Shown here: positions 1 through 10,137 of the stretch, piece after piece
Layout of the letters: every line of letters starts with the position of its first letter
Numbering within the stretch: the stretch's first letter is position 1
Assembly: GCA_043721915.1 (NCBI GenBank)
Contig: JAYSPV010000112.1
Span: 6,386 to 70,385 of the forward strand
Length of the DNA: 64,000 bases
Origin: Ilumatobacteraceae bacterium
GTDB lineage: Bacteria > Actinomycetota > Acidimicrobiia > Acidimicrobiales > Ilumatobacteraceae
Reading direction: 5' to 3'
Notes under the pieces: generated by a model
Databases searched by the model: none
What the model was told of the DNA's origin: nothing
The model's input: only the letters and a program-made list of their open reading frames with translations
Made by a program: the position numbers and the translations under genes

Positions 1-1455
1 CAGAGTGGCGATGCCACAGAGACCAATCGCGGCCTGCAGTGAACCGGGCACCTTGATCGGCGCCATGTCACCGTCGGGCACCGGCTTCATCCACATCTCG
101 CGCATGACCGTGATGTAGTACGCCGTGGCGATGACGGCGTTGACCGCGCCGACGATGGCGATGCCGTAGCCCCAGCCACCGGCAGCATCGACCGCGGCCT
201 TGAAGGCGCCGAACTTCGCGTACCAGCCGCCCAGCGGAGGGATGCCGGCGAGCGAGGCGAGGAAGATCGTCATCATCACCGTCAGGCCCGGCGCATAGCG
301 GAAGAGGCCGCCGAAGCTGCTGATCTCACCGCTGCGGGTCTTACGGGTGACGGCGATGATCACGGCGAACGCGCCGAGGTTGGTGGCCGCGTAGATCACG
401 AGGTACACGATCACCGCCCGCAGCGAGGCGCCCTGGTTGCCGTTGGTGAACGCAACAGCCAGTGGCATCAGGATGAAGCCGCCCTGGCTGACGCTGGAGT
501 ACGCCAGCATGCGCACGATGTTGGTCTGCTTGAGCGCAACGACGTTGCCGACGGTCATCGTCAGTGCGGCCATCACCCACAGGAACGGACGATAGACGTC
601 CTGTGCCATCGGGAAGGCCAGGTAGACGAGCACGATCAGGCCGATGAACCCAGCGGCCTTGGAGGCGACGCTGAGGAACGCGGTGACTGGCGTGGGTGCA
701 CCCTCGTACGTGTCGGGCGCCCAGGTGTGGAACGGCACCGCGCTGATCTTGAACGCGAACCCGATGATCACGAACACGATGGCGAGCACTTGCACGCCGA
801 CCTTGTCGCCCTCGAGCGTGATCTTCGCGCCGATGTCGGTGAGCTTGGTGCTGCCGGCGAGGCCGTACAGCAGGCTCATGCCGTAGAGCATCACCGCGCT
901 GGCGAACACACCGAGCAGGTAGTACTTGACGCCCGCCTCGTTGCTCTTGCGATCGCGCTTCTTCCAGGCCGCCATCATGTAGGCCGGGATGGAGAGGAAC
1001 TCGAGTGCCACGAACATGCCCACCAGGTCGCGGGCGCTGGCCATCATCACCATGCCGAGCACGCTGCTCAGGAGCATCGTGTAAAACTCGCCCTGGTACT
1101 GCTTGTCCTCCTGCTCGGCGGTGCTGAGCAGGACCACGATGTACCCCGACAGCAGGAACAGCGCCTTGAGCACCAACGCGAAGTTGTCGATCACGTAGCG
1201 CCCGGTGATGCCCTGGCCCGCTTCCCCATCCATCAGGGCGGATCGGTAGTCGCCACCGATCACGGCGAGGGTCACCACCGGCACCAGTGCGCCGAGCATC
1301 ACGAACCCGGTGAGCGTGCCGGTGACCCACTTGCGGTGATCGGGCACGAACAGGTCGACGAGGATCACCAGGCAGATGCCGACCGCGAGCACGAGCTCGG
1401 GCGCCAACGCATGGAAATCGACGACGGGTGAGGCGAACGCGAACACGTGGGTCAC
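1..1455 (-). CDS. nuoN: NADH-quinone oxidoreductase subunit N (operon 1), 3' end outside window
   Basis: Not in the ORF track because the frame stays open to position 1. My manual translation from GTG 1455 reads VTHVFAFASPVVDFHALAPELVLAVGICLV...FKISAVPFHTWAPDTYEGAPTPVTAFLSVASKAAGF...AYSSVSQGGFIL, which is typical NuoN/antiporter-like sequence. The GTGA overlaps the nuoM stop at 1452-1455. Confidence 0.85.
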   Translation of the reverse strand, partial: MTHVFAFASPVVDFHALAPELVLAVGICLVILVDLFVPDHRKWVTGTLTGFVMLGALVPVVTLAVIGGDYRSALMDGEAGQGITGRYVIDNFALVLKALFLLSGYIVVLLSTAEQEDKQYQGEFYTMLLSSVLGMVMMASARDLVGMFVALEFLSIPAYMMAAWKKRDRKSNEAGVKYYLLGVFASAVMLYGMSLLYGLAGSTKLTDIGAKITLEGDKVGVQVLAIVFVIIGFAFKISAVPFHTWAPDTYEGAPTPVTAFLSVASKAAGFIGLIVLVYLAFPMAQDVYRPFLWVMAALTMTVGNVVALKQTNIVRMLAYSSVSQGGFILMPLAVAFTNGNQGASLRAVIVYLVIYAATNLGAFAVIIAVTRKTRSGEISSFGGLFRYAPGLTVMMTIFLASLAGIPPLGGWYAKFGAFKAAVDAAGGWGYGIAIVGAVNAVIATAYYITVMREMWMKPVPDGDMAPIKVPGSLQAAIGLCGIATL

Positions 1456-3059
1456 TTCCCGCCGAAGACGCTGGTCAGCTGCTGGACGGCGGGGTCCATG
1501 ATCTTGAACATCAACGAGGGCACGACACCGAACACGACGATCGCGATCAACAGCGGCGTCCAGGCGATCCACTCGAACTTGGTGACGTCGTGGATGTCGC
1601 TGCCGTGATCTTCGCCGTGCGCGTCATGACCGTGCGCGTCACGACCGGCGCCCGAGAACTCGGCACTCGGCTCACCGAAGGCGGTGCGCTGGTAGAGCCA
1701 CAGCAGGTACCCGGCGGCCAGCACCGTGCCGAGTGCGGCGATGATCGTGAGCACCTGAAACAGGCCCTCGTGGCCGTTGTCGATCAACACCTTGGCAGGA
1801 TTCCAGGAGGCGAGGATCGCGGGGAACTCGCCCCAGAACCCGGCCAGGCCGGGCAGGCCCAGCGAGGCCATCGCGCAGAACCCGAGGATCCAGCCCATCT
1901 TCGGCATCTGCTTGAGCATGCCGCTGAGGCGCTTGATCTCGAGTGTGTGGTAGCGCTCCTTCACCGAGCCGGCGACGAAGAACAACATGCCGGTGATCAG
2001 GCCGTGGGCGACCATGCCGAACAGCGCGGCGTTGATGCCGAGCGTGGTCAGCGTGCTGATGCCCAGCATCACGAAACCCATGTGGGCGACCGAGGAGAAC
2101 GCGATCAGGCGCTTCATGTCGGTCTGCGCAAGGCAAGCGAGCGAGCCGTAGATGATGCCGATGACAGCGAGCACGCCGATGATCGGCGCCCACTTCACGG
2201 CGGCCTGGGGCAGGAACGGGATGGCGATGCGCACGAAGCCGTAGGTGCCCAGCTTCAGCAGGATGGCCGCCAGGATGACCGAGCCCTGCGTGGGCGCCTG
2301 CGTGTGTGCATCGGGCAGCCAGGTGTGGAACGGGAACATCGGCACCTTGACGGCGAAGCCGATGAACATGCCGGCGAAGATCCAGATCGCCGTGTTCTTG
2401 GCGACGTCGGGGCCGTGCGCGCTCAGCCACTGGAAGCTGAAGTTGGCATCGTCAGGGTTGACGCCAGGCGCGTTCTTGGTGACCACGAACAGGGCGATGA
2501 ACGCGACCAGCATCAGGGCCGAACCGAACATCGTGTAGAGGAAGAACTTCAGCGAGGCGTACTGGCGGTTCTCGCCACCCCACACGCCGATCATGAAGTA
2601 CATCGGCAGCAGCACCACTTCGAAGAACACGAAGAACAGGATCAGGTCCTGGGCGATGAACGTGCCAGCCATACCGGTCTGCAGCACCAGCATCAGGATG
2701 AAGAACGCCTTGGCGTTGCCCGGGTTGGGGATGTGGTTCCAGCTGTAGACCATCACCAGCACGGTGATCGCCATCGACAGGAAGTACAGCGGCAGGCTGA
2801 TGCCGTCGAGCCCGACGGTGTAGGTGGCGCTGATCGGCTTGATCCAGTTGTTCGTGGTGAAGAACTGCAGCTTGTCGGCCTCGTCGTAGTTGTACTGGAT
2901 CAGCGTGTACACGCCGACCGCCAAGGTGGCGATCGCTGTGCCCAGTGCGACCTGCTTGGAGAGGAGTTCATTCTTCTTGGGAATGAACAGCATCACCAGC
3001 ACGCCCACCAACGGCAGGAAGGTGCCGAGGCTGAGGAGCCATTGTTGGTTCTGAATCAT
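1452..3059 (-). CDS. nuoM: NADH-quinone oxidoreductase subunit M (operon 1)
   Basis: 535-aa polytopic ORF with FPFHTWLPDAHTQAPTQGSVILAAILLKLGTYG and AFSSVAHMGFVMLG motifs. It sits between nuoL and nuoN. Confidence 0.92.
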   Translation of the reverse strand: MIQNQQWLLSLGTFLPLVGVLVMLFIPKKNELLSKQVALGTAIATLAVGVYTLIQYNYDEADKLQFFTTNNWIKPISATYTVGLDGISLPLYFLSMAITVLVMVYSWNHIPNPGNAKAFFILMLVLQTGMAGTFIAQDLILFFVFFEVVLLPMYFMIGVWGGENRQYASLKFFLYTMFGSALMLVAFIALFVVTKNAPGVNPDDANFSFQWLSAHGPDVAKNTAIWIFAGMFIGFAVKVPMFPFHTWLPDAHTQAPTQGSVILAAILLKLGTYGFVRIAIPFLPQAAVKWAPIIGVLAVIGIIYGSLACLAQTDMKRLIAFSSVAHMGFVMLGISTLTTLGINAALFGMVAHGLITGMLFFVAGSVKERYHTLEIKRLSGMLKQMPKMGWILGFCAMASLGLPGLAGFWGEFPAILASWNPAKVLIDNGHEGLFQVLTIIAALGTVLAAGYLLWLYQRTAFGEPSAEFSGAGRDAHGHDAHGEDHGSDIHDVTKFEWIAWTPLLIAIVVFGVVPSLMFKIMDPAVQQLTSVFGGK

Positions 3060-3072
3060 CGCTTGTTCCCTC

Positions 3073-5334
3073 TTAGCTGTTCACGAGTACGAGTACGAGC
3101 GCACCGACTGCTGCGGCACCGAACAGCAGCGCTCCGTACAGGTTGACCTTGCCTGATTGCACCGGCTGCAGCGCAGTACCTGCGCCGCGTGCGGTTGCAC
3201 CACTGCCATTGACCGCACCGTCGACCAGCCCCTGGTCGAGGTACTTGTAGACGAAATCGCCGGTCTGCTTACCACCCTTGCCAACGGCGTTGACGATGCC
3301 GTCGAGGATGTGTTGGTTCGTCCAGTACGCCGCACGGCTGATCGGGTGAGCGATGCTGCGCACGATCACCTTCTCGTACAGGGCGTCGAGGTAGTACTTG
3401 TTGACGAGGAACGTGTGGCCGGCGCCGAGCACCCGGTTGCGGCCGGTGAGGCCCTGGAATGCGTTCTTCTTCTCACCGAAGACGGCCTTGCACAGGTACA
3501 GGCTGACGATGAACCCGAGTGCGACGAGCGCCAGACCAGGAGCGGCGGCCGCCCACGAGAACTCGGGAGGCGGCGGCACCTGGCCGGGACCGCCGAGACC
3601 GATCGGGAGGCCGATCGACGACTCGGTCATGTGCTCGAACCAGTGGATGCCGACGGCTGGGGCGTTGAGGTAGCCGGAAGTGAGGGCGAGCACGCCGAGG
3701 ATCAGCAGCGGCACGGTGATCTGCCACGGCGAGTCGGTGGGTGCGAAGCCGAGCGGCTTACCGTGCGCCACCGGGGCATGGTGATCGTCGTGGGCATCCC
3801 CGTGATCCCCGTGAGCATCGCCGTGGTCGGCGGCGTGGGCATCGTGTCCGTGATCGTCGGCATGCTCACCCACGAAGTGAGCCGCGCCACCACGGGCTTT
3901 GCCGAAGAAGGTGAGGTACGTCGCTCGCGTCATGTACGCGGTGGTCATGAAGGCGCCGATGATGCCGACGAAGTAGAAGACCTTGTAGTCGTTGTGCTTG
4001 GCCGAGTCGATGATCTCGTCCTTGCTGAAGAACCCGCTGACGAACGGGAAGCCGCACAGCGCCAGTGTGCTGACGATCCACACCCCGAACGTGATCGGCA
4101 TCTTCTTGCGCAGTCCGCCCATGTCGGTCTTCATGTCGAAGCTGTGGTGGCTGCCGGTGTGCGCCACGCTGCCGGCACACAGGAACAGCGCGCACTTGAA
4201 GAACGCGTGGGTGAAGATGTGGAACACCGCAGCGGTCCAGGCGCCGACACCGAGGCCCATCATCATGTAGCCGAGCTGGCTGACCGTGCTGTAGGCCAGC
4301 ACCTTCTTGATGTCGTTCTGTACGAACGCCAGGCCGGCGGCGATCAGCACGGTGATGCCACCGATCACTGCGATCAGGTTGAACTGCTGGCCGGCGATGT
4401 TGACGTCGAGGCCCACGTGGAACACCGGGTAGAGGCGGGCCACGAGGAAGACGCCGGCCACGACCATCGTGCTCGAGTGCAGCAGCGACGAGACGGGTGT
4501 CGGGCCGGCCATCGCATCGGGTAGCCAGGTGTGCAGCGGGAACTGGCCGCTCTTGCCGATGCAGGCGATGAACAACGCCACCGCGGCCCACATCAGCAGC
4601 TTGTGGTCACCGGCGAAGTCGGCGGCGCGCTCGTTGATCTCACCGATGTTGAGCGTGCCGAAGATCGACAGCAACATGCCGGTGCCGACGAGCAGGCCCA
4701 TGTCGCCGACGCGCACGGTCCAGAACGCCTTCAGCGCAGCTTCACTGTTGGCCCGTTCCTCCCACCAGTGGCCGATCAGCAGGAACGAGCAGAGGCCCAT
4801 GATCTCCCAGCCGAGGATCAGCTGCACCATGTTCGGTGCGAGCACCATGGTGAGCATCCCTGCGGAGAACAGCGTGAGGCTGGCGAAGAAGTGGGTGTAG
4901 CGGCGATCGCCACGCACGTACTCGGTGGAGTAGATCTGCACCAGCGTGGAGATGAACGCCACGAGCAGCAGCATCATCACGGCAAGGCCGTCGATGTGCG
5001 ACCCGATGGTGATCTTCAGGCTGCCGATGTCGAACCAGGTCCAGTCGGTGATCACCGGCAGCACCTCGTGGCCGGCTTCGGAGGCACCCTCGGCCGCGCC
5101 CTTCGCACCCTCCACGACGTCGGGAACGCGTTGCACCCACTGGTAGGCGGTGCCGGCGGCGATCACCAGCGAGGCCACCATGCTGGCGATGCCGATCTCG
5201 CTGCCACCGCGGGGCATGCGCTTGCCGAACCCGATGATCAGGAAGAACGCGATCGCGGGGACCAGCGGGATCAGCCACGCGTGCTCCAGAAACCAGCCGG
5301 CGTGCTCCGCAGCAGCCTCTTGCGCGAACAGCAT
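3073..5334 (-). CDS. nuoL: NADH-quinone oxidoreductase subunit L (operon 1), long form with His/Asp-rich loop
   Basis: 753-aa ORF with LILGWEIMGLCSFLLIGHWWE, QFPLHTWLPDAMAGPTPVSSLLHSSTMVVAGVFL and [12 protein letters not shown] motifs. Operon position is between nuoK and nuoM. Confidence 0.92.
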   Translation of the reverse strand: MLFAQEAAAEHAGWFLEHAWLIPLVPAIAFFLIIGFGKRMPRGGSEIGIASMVASLVIAAGTAYQWVQRVPDVVEGAKGAAEGASEAGHEVLPVITDWTWFDIGSLKITIGSHIDGLAVMMLLLVAFISTLVQIYSTEYVRGDRRYTHFFASLTLFSAGMLTMVLAPNMVQLILGWEIMGLCSFLLIGHWWEERANSEAALKAFWTVRVGDMGLLVGTGMLLSIFGTLNIGEINERAADFAGDHKLLMWAAVALFIACIGKSGQFPLHTWLPDAMAGPTPVSSLLHSSTMVVAGVFLVARLYPVFHVGLDVNIAGQQFNLIAVIGGITVLIAAGLAFVQNDIKKVLAYSTVSQLGYMMMGLGVGAWTAAVFHIFTHAFFKCALFLCAGSVAHTGSHHSFDMKTDMGGLRKKMPITFGVWIVSTLALCGFPFVSGFFSKDEIIDSAKHNDYKVFYFVGIIGAFMTTAYMTRATYLTFFGKARGGAAHFVGEHADDHGHDAHAADHGDAHGDHGDAHDDHHAPVAHGKPLGFAPTDSPWQITVPLLILGVLALTSGYLNAPAVGIHWFEHMTESSIGLPIGLGGPGQVPPPPEFSWAAAAPGLALVALGFIVSLYLCKAVFGEKKNAFQGLTGRNRVLGAGHTFLVNKYYLDALYEKVIVRSIAHPISRAAYWTNQHILDGIVNAVGKGGKQTGDFVYKYLDQGLVDGAVNGSGATARGAGTALQPVQSGKVNLYGALLFGAAAVGALVLVLVNS

Positions 5335-5338
5335 TGCC

Positions 5339-5641
5339 TCAGCCCTTCATTTCCGACAGGTCGTCGAGCGCGATGGTCTTGCGGTTGCGGAAGATCAACA
5401 GCACGAGCGCAAGGCCCACGCCGACTTCGGCAGCGGCCACCGCGATGATGTAGAGCGCGAACACGCCGCCGTCGTTCTGACCACCGTTGAGGCGATCGAA
5501 GGCGAGCAGGTTGATGTTCACGGAGTTGAGGATCAGCTCGATGCTCATCAGCACGAGGACCGCGTTCTTGCGAGCGATGACCCCGTAGACGCCGATGCAG
5601 AACAGCACGGCGCCGAGCAGGAGGAAGTTGTTGATCAGCAT
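5339..5641 (-). CDS. nuoK: NADH-quinone oxidoreductase subunit K (operon 1)
   Basis: 100-aa, 3-TM ORF ([18 protein letters not shown]...[17 protein letters not shown]), typical NuoK. Confidence 0.9.
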   Translation of the reverse strand: MLINNFLLLGAVLFCIGVYGVIARKNAVLVLMSIELILNSVNINLLAFDRLNGGQNDGGVFALYIIAVAAAEVGVGLALVLLIFRNRKTIALDDLSEMKG

Positions 5642-5644
5642 GCG

Positions 5645-6175
5645 TCAGTCCTTCCGGGCCAAGACGATGGCGCCGATGACGGCGGCGAGCAGGACGAACG
5701 AGAGCGCCCAGAACGGCAAGGCGTACACCGAGTAGATCCGGTCGCTGAGCGCCTCGTTCTGTGCGGCACCCACCGACGCGTCACCGCTGCCGGTGATCTT
5801 GGTGTCGTCGAATCCCTTGATCAGCACGTAGGAGAGCACGCCGAACAGCAGCAGGGCGACGGGCGCGCCGAGCGCTGCGCCGCCCTTGTTGTTCAGATCG
5901 ACGTCCTTGCCGAGCTTGGCACGGGTGAGCATCACGCCGAACAAGAACAGCACCATCACGGCGCCGATGTAGACGAGCACCTGCGTGACAGCCACGAACT
6001 CGGCCGCCAGCAGCAGGTACTGCGCCGCTGCGCCGGCCATCACGGCCACCAGCGACAGCGCGGCGTGCACGACGTTGCTGCTGCGCACGACGTTGATCGC
6101 GGCGAGGATCATGATCGCGGCGATGATGCCGAAGCCGACGTTCTGCGCGACTTCGAGGTCGGATGCGAGCAGCAT
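5645..6175 (-). CDS. nuoJ: NADH-quinone oxidoreductase subunit J (operon 1)
   Basis: Hydrophobic ORF (VVHAALSLVAVMAGAAAQYLLLAAEFVAVTQVLVYIGAVMVLFLFGVML). The start is taken at ATG 6175 (or GTG 6178), overlapping the nuoI stop. The longer tracked ORF start at 6241 lies inside nuoI. Confidence 0.85.
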   Translation of the reverse strand: MLLASDLEVAQNVGFGIIAAIMILAAINVVRSSNVVHAALSLVAVMAGAAAQYLLLAAEFVAVTQVLVYIGAVMVLFLFGVMLTRAKLGKDVDLNNKGGAALGAPVALLLFGVLSYVLIKGFDDTKITGSGDASVGAAQNEALSDRIYSVYALPFWALSFVLLAAVIGAIVLARKD

Positions 6176-6687
6176 CACTTCCCCTTCTTCTTCTCGGCGC
6201 CGGCTTCCAGGGCGGGAGCTTCGGGCACCGTTTCCATCCACTCACCGAGCTTGGTCTTGTCGTGCAGCAGGTCGGCGATCTTGGGCTCGCTGTACTCGTA
6301 CTCCGGGCTCCAGAACAACGCATCGAACGGGCACACATCCACGCAGATGCCGCAGTACATGCACAACGCGTAATCGATGTCGAAACGATCGAGCTTGTTC
6401 ACCTTGCGCGGCGCGCCACCGGCGCGACGCGGCGGCGCCAGCTCTTTGTGCGCCTCGATGTAGATGCACCAGTCGGGGCAGCTGCGCACGCACAGCATGC
6501 AACTGGTGCAGTTGTCCTCGCGCAACGCGATGACACCGCGCGCACGGATCGGCGGCATCTCCTTTTCGTGCGGGTACTGCACCGTCGCTGCACCGCCACC
6601 GAGCTTCTTGGGCTTGATGGTCTGCATCATCGTGCCGAGGGTGACGCCGAGGCCCTTGATCAGGCCGGGGACTTGCGGCTTTGCCAT
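6175..6687 (-). CDS. nuoI: NADH-quinone oxidoreductase subunit I (2x[4Fe-4S]) (operon 1)
   Basis: Contains [12 protein letters not shown] and [12 protein letters not shown] cluster motifs. The start MAKPQVPGL at 6687 forms an ATGA overlap with the nuoH stop. Confidence 0.9.
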   Translation of the reverse strand: MAKPQVPGLIKGLGVTLGTMMQTIKPKKLGGGAATVQYPHEKEMPPIRARGVIALREDNCTSCMLCVRSCPDWCIYIEAHKELAPPRRAGGAPRKVNKLDRFDIDYALCMYCGICVDVCPFDALFWSPEYEYSEPKIADLLHDKTKLGEWMETVPEAPALEAGAEKKKGK

Positions 6688-7739
6688 CAGAAGGCCACCT
6701 TCAGGATTGCGGTCACCATGATGTTGACGAGCGAGACCGGGATCAGCACCTTCCACGCAAAGCGCTGCAACTGGTCCTCACGGAAACGCGGGTAGCTGAA
6801 CCGCACCCACATGATGATGGCGGTGAGCGCCATCATCTTGGTGAACATGATCAGCGGACCGCCGATGTTCATCCAGTTGTCGATCGAGTCGATGCTGTCC
6901 CAGCCGAACCAGCTGAACGGGATGCCCCAGCCGCCGAGGAACAGCACGCTGGCGATGAGGGCGAACACACCGGCCGTCGCGAACTCGGCGATGAAGAACA
7001 TCAGGAAGCGGAAACCGGAGTACTCGGTCATGTAGCCCGAGACCAGCTCGGACTCGGCGATCGGCATGTCGAACGGCGTCTGCGTCAGCTCGGCCTGCAC
7101 GGCGATCATGAAGATCAGGAAGCCGACGAACTGCGTGAGGATGTAGGGGTACCCGAGGCCGTCCCAGCCGAAGATGCTGTCACTGTTCTGCTTGACCACG
7201 ATCAGCTGCAGGTTCATCGTGCCGGCCTGGATGACGACGCCCACCACCGAGAGCACCATCGGCAGCTCGTACGCGATCAGCTGGCCGGCGGCGCGCAGGC
7301 CGCCGAGCAGCGAGTACTTGTTGGCGCTGGACCAGCCGGCCATCAGGATGCCGAGCGTGCTGATGCTGCTGACGGCGAGCATGTAGAACACACCGGCGTC
7401 GAACTGCGTGAAGTAGGCGTCGGGGCCGAACGGCACCACGGCCACCAGCAGGAAGGTGCTGACCAGCACCACGATCGGTGCCGCGCGGAACACGCGCAGG
7501 TCGGCCTTCTCCGGTGCGATGTCTTCCTTCTGCAGCCACTTGCCGACTTCGGCGAACAGCTGCATCGAGCCGTACGGGCCGGCCTCCATCGGGCCGAGAC
7601 GGCTCTGCATGAAGCTCATCATCTTGAACAGGAACAGGTACACGATCGTGCCGGCGGGCAGCAGCACCGCAACGGTGCCACCCAGCACCCGCAACAACGA
7701 CTGTGCCCAGTAGGGAAGATCAACTGCGAGCAGGCTCAT
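6687..7739 (-). CDS. nuoH: NADH-quinone oxidoreductase subunit H (operon 1)
   Basis: C-terminal 350 aa of the tracked 621-aa ORF: [13 protein letters not shown]...[34 protein letters not shown]...[17 protein letters not shown]. The ATG at 7737-7739 overlaps the nuoD stop (ATGA). The upstream Arg/Pro-rich part of the ORF is an out-of-frame shadow over nuoD. Confidence 0.9.
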   Translation of the reverse strand: MSLLAVDLPYWAQSLLRVLGGTVAVLLPAGTIVYLFLFKMMSFMQSRLGPMEAGPYGSMQLFAEVGKWLQKEDIAPEKADLRVFRAAPIVVLVSTFLLVAVVPFGPDAYFTQFDAGVFYMLAVSSISTLGILMAGWSSANKYSLLGGLRAAGQLIAYELPMVLSVVGVVIQAGTMNLQLIVVKQNSDSIFGWDGLGYPYILTQFVGFLIFMIAVQAELTQTPFDMPIAESELVSGYMTEYSGFRFLMFFIAEFATAGVFALIASVLFLGGWGIPFSWFGWDSIDSIDNWMNIGGPLIMFTKMMALTAIIMWVRFSYPRFREDQLQRFAWKVLIPVSLVNIMVTAILKVAF

Positions 7740-8908
7740 CGATCGATGTCTCCGAGGATGAAATACAGCGATGCGAGGATCGAGATCACGTCGGGGACGT
7801 ACACCCCACGCAGCACCCACGGCACGATCGAGATGTTGTTGAAGCTGGCCGAACGGATCTTCACCCGGAACGGGCCGAGATCGCCCTTGCTGACGACGTA
7901 GTAGCCCATCTCGCCCAGTGGGTTCTCGGTGCTCACCCAGGCTTCGCCTTCGGGCACCTTGATGATGCGCGGCACCTTGGCCATCACCGGGCCCGACGGG
8001 ATGCCGTCGAGCAGCTGATCGACGATCTTGGTGGCTTCGCGGGTTTCCTGCAGACGGATCCAGCAGCGGGCGAAGCTGTCGCCGTCGGGGTGGGTCCAGA
8101 CCTTGAAGTCGATCTTGTCGTAGGCGAGGGGGAGTTTCTGGTCGCGGCGAAGATCCCAGTCGACGCCGCTGGCGCGCAGGTTGGCGCCCGACAGGCCGTA
8201 CTGCTTGGCCACATCGGCAGGGATGACGCCGATGCCGCGCAGGCGACTCTGGAAGATCTCGTTGCCGAACAGCAGCGCTTCGATCTCGTCGCAGAAGTTG
8301 CGCAGCTTCTTCATCACCTGCTTGGTCTCGGTGATCCAGCCCTCGGGCAGATCGTCCTTGAGGCCGCCGATGCGGTCGAAGTTGGGGTGGAAGCGGCCGC
8401 CGGTGGCGCTCTCGATCAGGTTGAGCACGTACTCGCGATCGCGGAACGCCATGAACACCGGGGTGATCGCGCCCAGCTGCACCCCGAGGTCGCCGAGGAA
8501 CAGGCTGACGTTGGCGATGCGGCTGAGTTCGAACAGGATCGTGCGGATCCACTGAGCGCGAGGCGGTGCCTCGATCTCCATCAGCTTCTCGGCAGCGAGG
8601 ATGAACGGGACCTCGTTGGCGAAGCTGCCCAGCCAGTCGATGCGGTTGACCAGCGCGGTGACCTGCGGGAACGTGCGCACCTCGGTGAGCTTCTCGTAGC
8701 CGCGATGCATGTAGCCGGCGCTGGGCTCGGCCCAGATCACCTGCTCGCCGTCGAGGCGCACGATGATCCGCAACGTGCCGTGGGTGGCCGGGTGCTGCGG
8801 GCCGATGTTGAGGGTCATGCCCTCGGTCTCCAGCTCCACGTTGAGGCGAGCATCTGCGGCCTGCGCGGCGATGTAGCTGAGCTTCTGGCGATCGGCGATG
8901 TCGGTCAT
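7736..8908 (-). CDS. nuoD: NADH-quinone oxidoreductase subunit D (operon 1)
   Basis: MTLNIGPQHPATHGTLRIIVRLDGEQV and the C-terminal [14 protein letters not shown] are NuoD hallmarks. The start MTDIADRQ at 8908 lies 1 nt after the nuoC stop. Confidence 0.9.
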   Translation of the reverse strand: MTDIADRQKLSYIAAQAADARLNVELETEGMTLNIGPQHPATHGTLRIIVRLDGEQVIWAEPSAGYMHRGYEKLTEVRTFPQVTALVNRIDWLGSFANEVPFILAAEKLMEIEAPPRAQWIRTILFELSRIANVSLFLGDLGVQLGAITPVFMAFRDREYVLNLIESATGGRFHPNFDRIGGLKDDLPEGWITETKQVMKKLRNFCDEIEALLFGNEIFQSRLRGIGVIPADVAKQYGLSGANLRASGVDWDLRRDQKLPLAYDKIDFKVWTHPDGDSFARCWIRLQETREATKIVDQLLDGIPSGPVMAKVPRIIKVPEGEAWVSTENPLGEMGYYVVSKGDLGPFRVKIRSASFNNISIVPWVLRGVYVPDVISILASLYFILGDIDR

Positions 8909-8909
8909 C

Positions 8910-9581
8910 TCATTCACCAGTCGTTTCGTCGGCGTCGTCGCCCGGTAGCGGTTCCACGTCGGCAATGCCGGGCCACGGCTTCACGATGCGGGCAAGTAGC
9001 GGGAAGTCCTTGCGCAGCGGGTGGCCCTCGAAGTCGGTGGGCAGGTACATGTTGCGCAGATCGGGGTGGCCGTTGAAGCCGATGCCGAACATCTCGTGGC
9101 ATTCGCGCTCGTGCCAGTTGGCGCCGGCGTACACGGGAATCCAGGTGTCGATCGCGGGCTGATCGTCGGGCACGTCGGCCTTGATCGTGACGCCGAAGTG
9201 CTTGTTGATGTTGACCACGCGGGCGAACACCTGCAAGCGGGTGTCGCCGCCGGCGTACCCCTGCTTGATCGACATGTCGCGCTCGACGGGTTCAGCGGTC
9301 GGGTCGTCCTCGCTGCGGCCGAACGGGCTGGGCATCCAGTCGATGGCGGAGAGGAAGCAGAAGTATTCGCAGCCGACCACATCGCGCAGCACGCGGCCTG
9401 CCTGCTGCCACGACTCGGCATCGACACGGACCCACAGGTCGTCGTTGGTTTTGAGCAGCGTGTCGATCAGGCCGACGCCGAGCGCGTCGCGCAAGGCCGA
9501 GATGACGCCTTCGCGCAGTGCATCGCCGGGCAGCGCCAGCAGGTCGTTCGGTGTCTCGTTGGTGTCACTCAATTGGGCCAC
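8910..9581 (-). CDS. nuoC: NADH-quinone oxidoreductase subunit C (operon 1)
   Basis: [45 protein letters not shown] is the NuoC signature. The start is uncertain. I chose GTG 9581 (VAQLSDTNE), which overlaps the nuoB end by 17 nt. Confidence 0.8.
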   Translation of the reverse strand: MAQLSDTNETPNDLLALPGDALREGVISALRDALGVGLIDTLLKTNDDLWVRVDAESWQQAGRVLRDVVGCEYFCFLSAIDWMPSPFGRSEDDPTAEPVERDMSIKQGYAGGDTRLQVFARVVNINKHFGVTIKADVPDDQPAIDTWIPVYAGANWHERECHEMFGIGFNGHPDLRNMYLPTDFEGHPLRKDFPLLARIVKPWPGIADVEPLPGDDADETTGE

Positions 9582-10131
9582 CTCCGACGACGATCGGCTC
9601 GCGCTCCTTTGCGGCAATTGCAGCGGCAGTGGCCATGTTGACGTGGCCCTCGCCACGCCAGCGAGCGCCCATGTCCTCGTTCTTGATGCGCTGCTGCAGC
9701 AGCACGATGCCCTCCAATAGGGCCTCGGGCCGCGGCGGGCAACCGGGCACGTAGACGTCGACCGGGATGATCTGGTCGACACCCTTGGTGACCGAGTAGC
9801 TGTCCCAGTAGGGGCCACCGCAGTTAGCACACGAGCCCATGCTGATCACGTACTTCGGCTCGGGCATCTGCTCGTACAGCCGCTTGATGCTCGGCGCCAT
9901 CTTGTCGGTGACGGTGCCGGAGATGACCACCAGGTCGGCCTGGCGCGGGCTGGCGGGCAGCGGAATGACACCGAGGCGCATCACGTCGTAGCGCGGAGAG
10001 CCGAACGCGGCGCCCATCTCGATCGCGCAGCAGGCGAGGCCCCACTGGTACACCCACAGGCTGTAGCTGCGCCCCATGTTGAACAGCGAAGTGAGTGGCT
10101 TGGGCAGACGCCCTTTGTCGACAAGACCCAT
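9565..10131 (-). CDS. nuoB: NADH-quinone oxidoreductase subunit B (operon 1)
   Basis: [21 protein letters not shown] and VPGCPPRPE are the N2 cluster ligand motifs. Confidence 0.92.
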   Translation of the reverse strand: MGLVDKGRLPKPLTSLFNMGRSYSLWVYQWGLACCAIEMGAAFGSPRYDVMRLGVIPLPASPRQADLVVISGTVTDKMAPSIKRLYEQMPEPKYVISMGSCANCGGPYWDSYSVTKGVDQIIPVDVYVPGCPPRPEALLEGIVLLQQRIKNEDMGARWRGEGHVNMATAAAIAAKEREPIVVGGGPIE

Positions 10132-10137
10132 ATGTGG

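Noticed and set aside
1428-3146. A 572-aa plus-strand ORF antisense to nuoM. Similar long antisense or out-of-frame ORFs occur at 341-1330, 3157-4524, 7703-9076, 17817-19406, 21411-22988, 24230-25984, 26722-28026, 32659-35190, 35052-36611 and 59065-60465.
   Set aside because: Their translations are Arg/His/Asp/Gly/Pro-rich low-complexity strings with no recognisable motifs. Each lies opposite, or out of frame with, a gene that has strong family signatures. These are typical shadow ORFs of GC-rich DNA.
6687-8552. N-terminally extended versions of tracked ORFs. Examples are the 621-aa nuoH1, 655-aa nuoD2, 382-aa nuoB2, 415-aa nuoJ2, 368-aa nuoE2, 579-aa nuoM2, 580-aa PLP enzyme and 454-aa Uma2 ORFs.
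   Set aside because: The extensions overlap the upstream gene out of frame and are Arg/Pro-rich. Internal ATG/GTG codons that form ATGA/GTGA overlaps with the upstream stop give proteins of canonical length.
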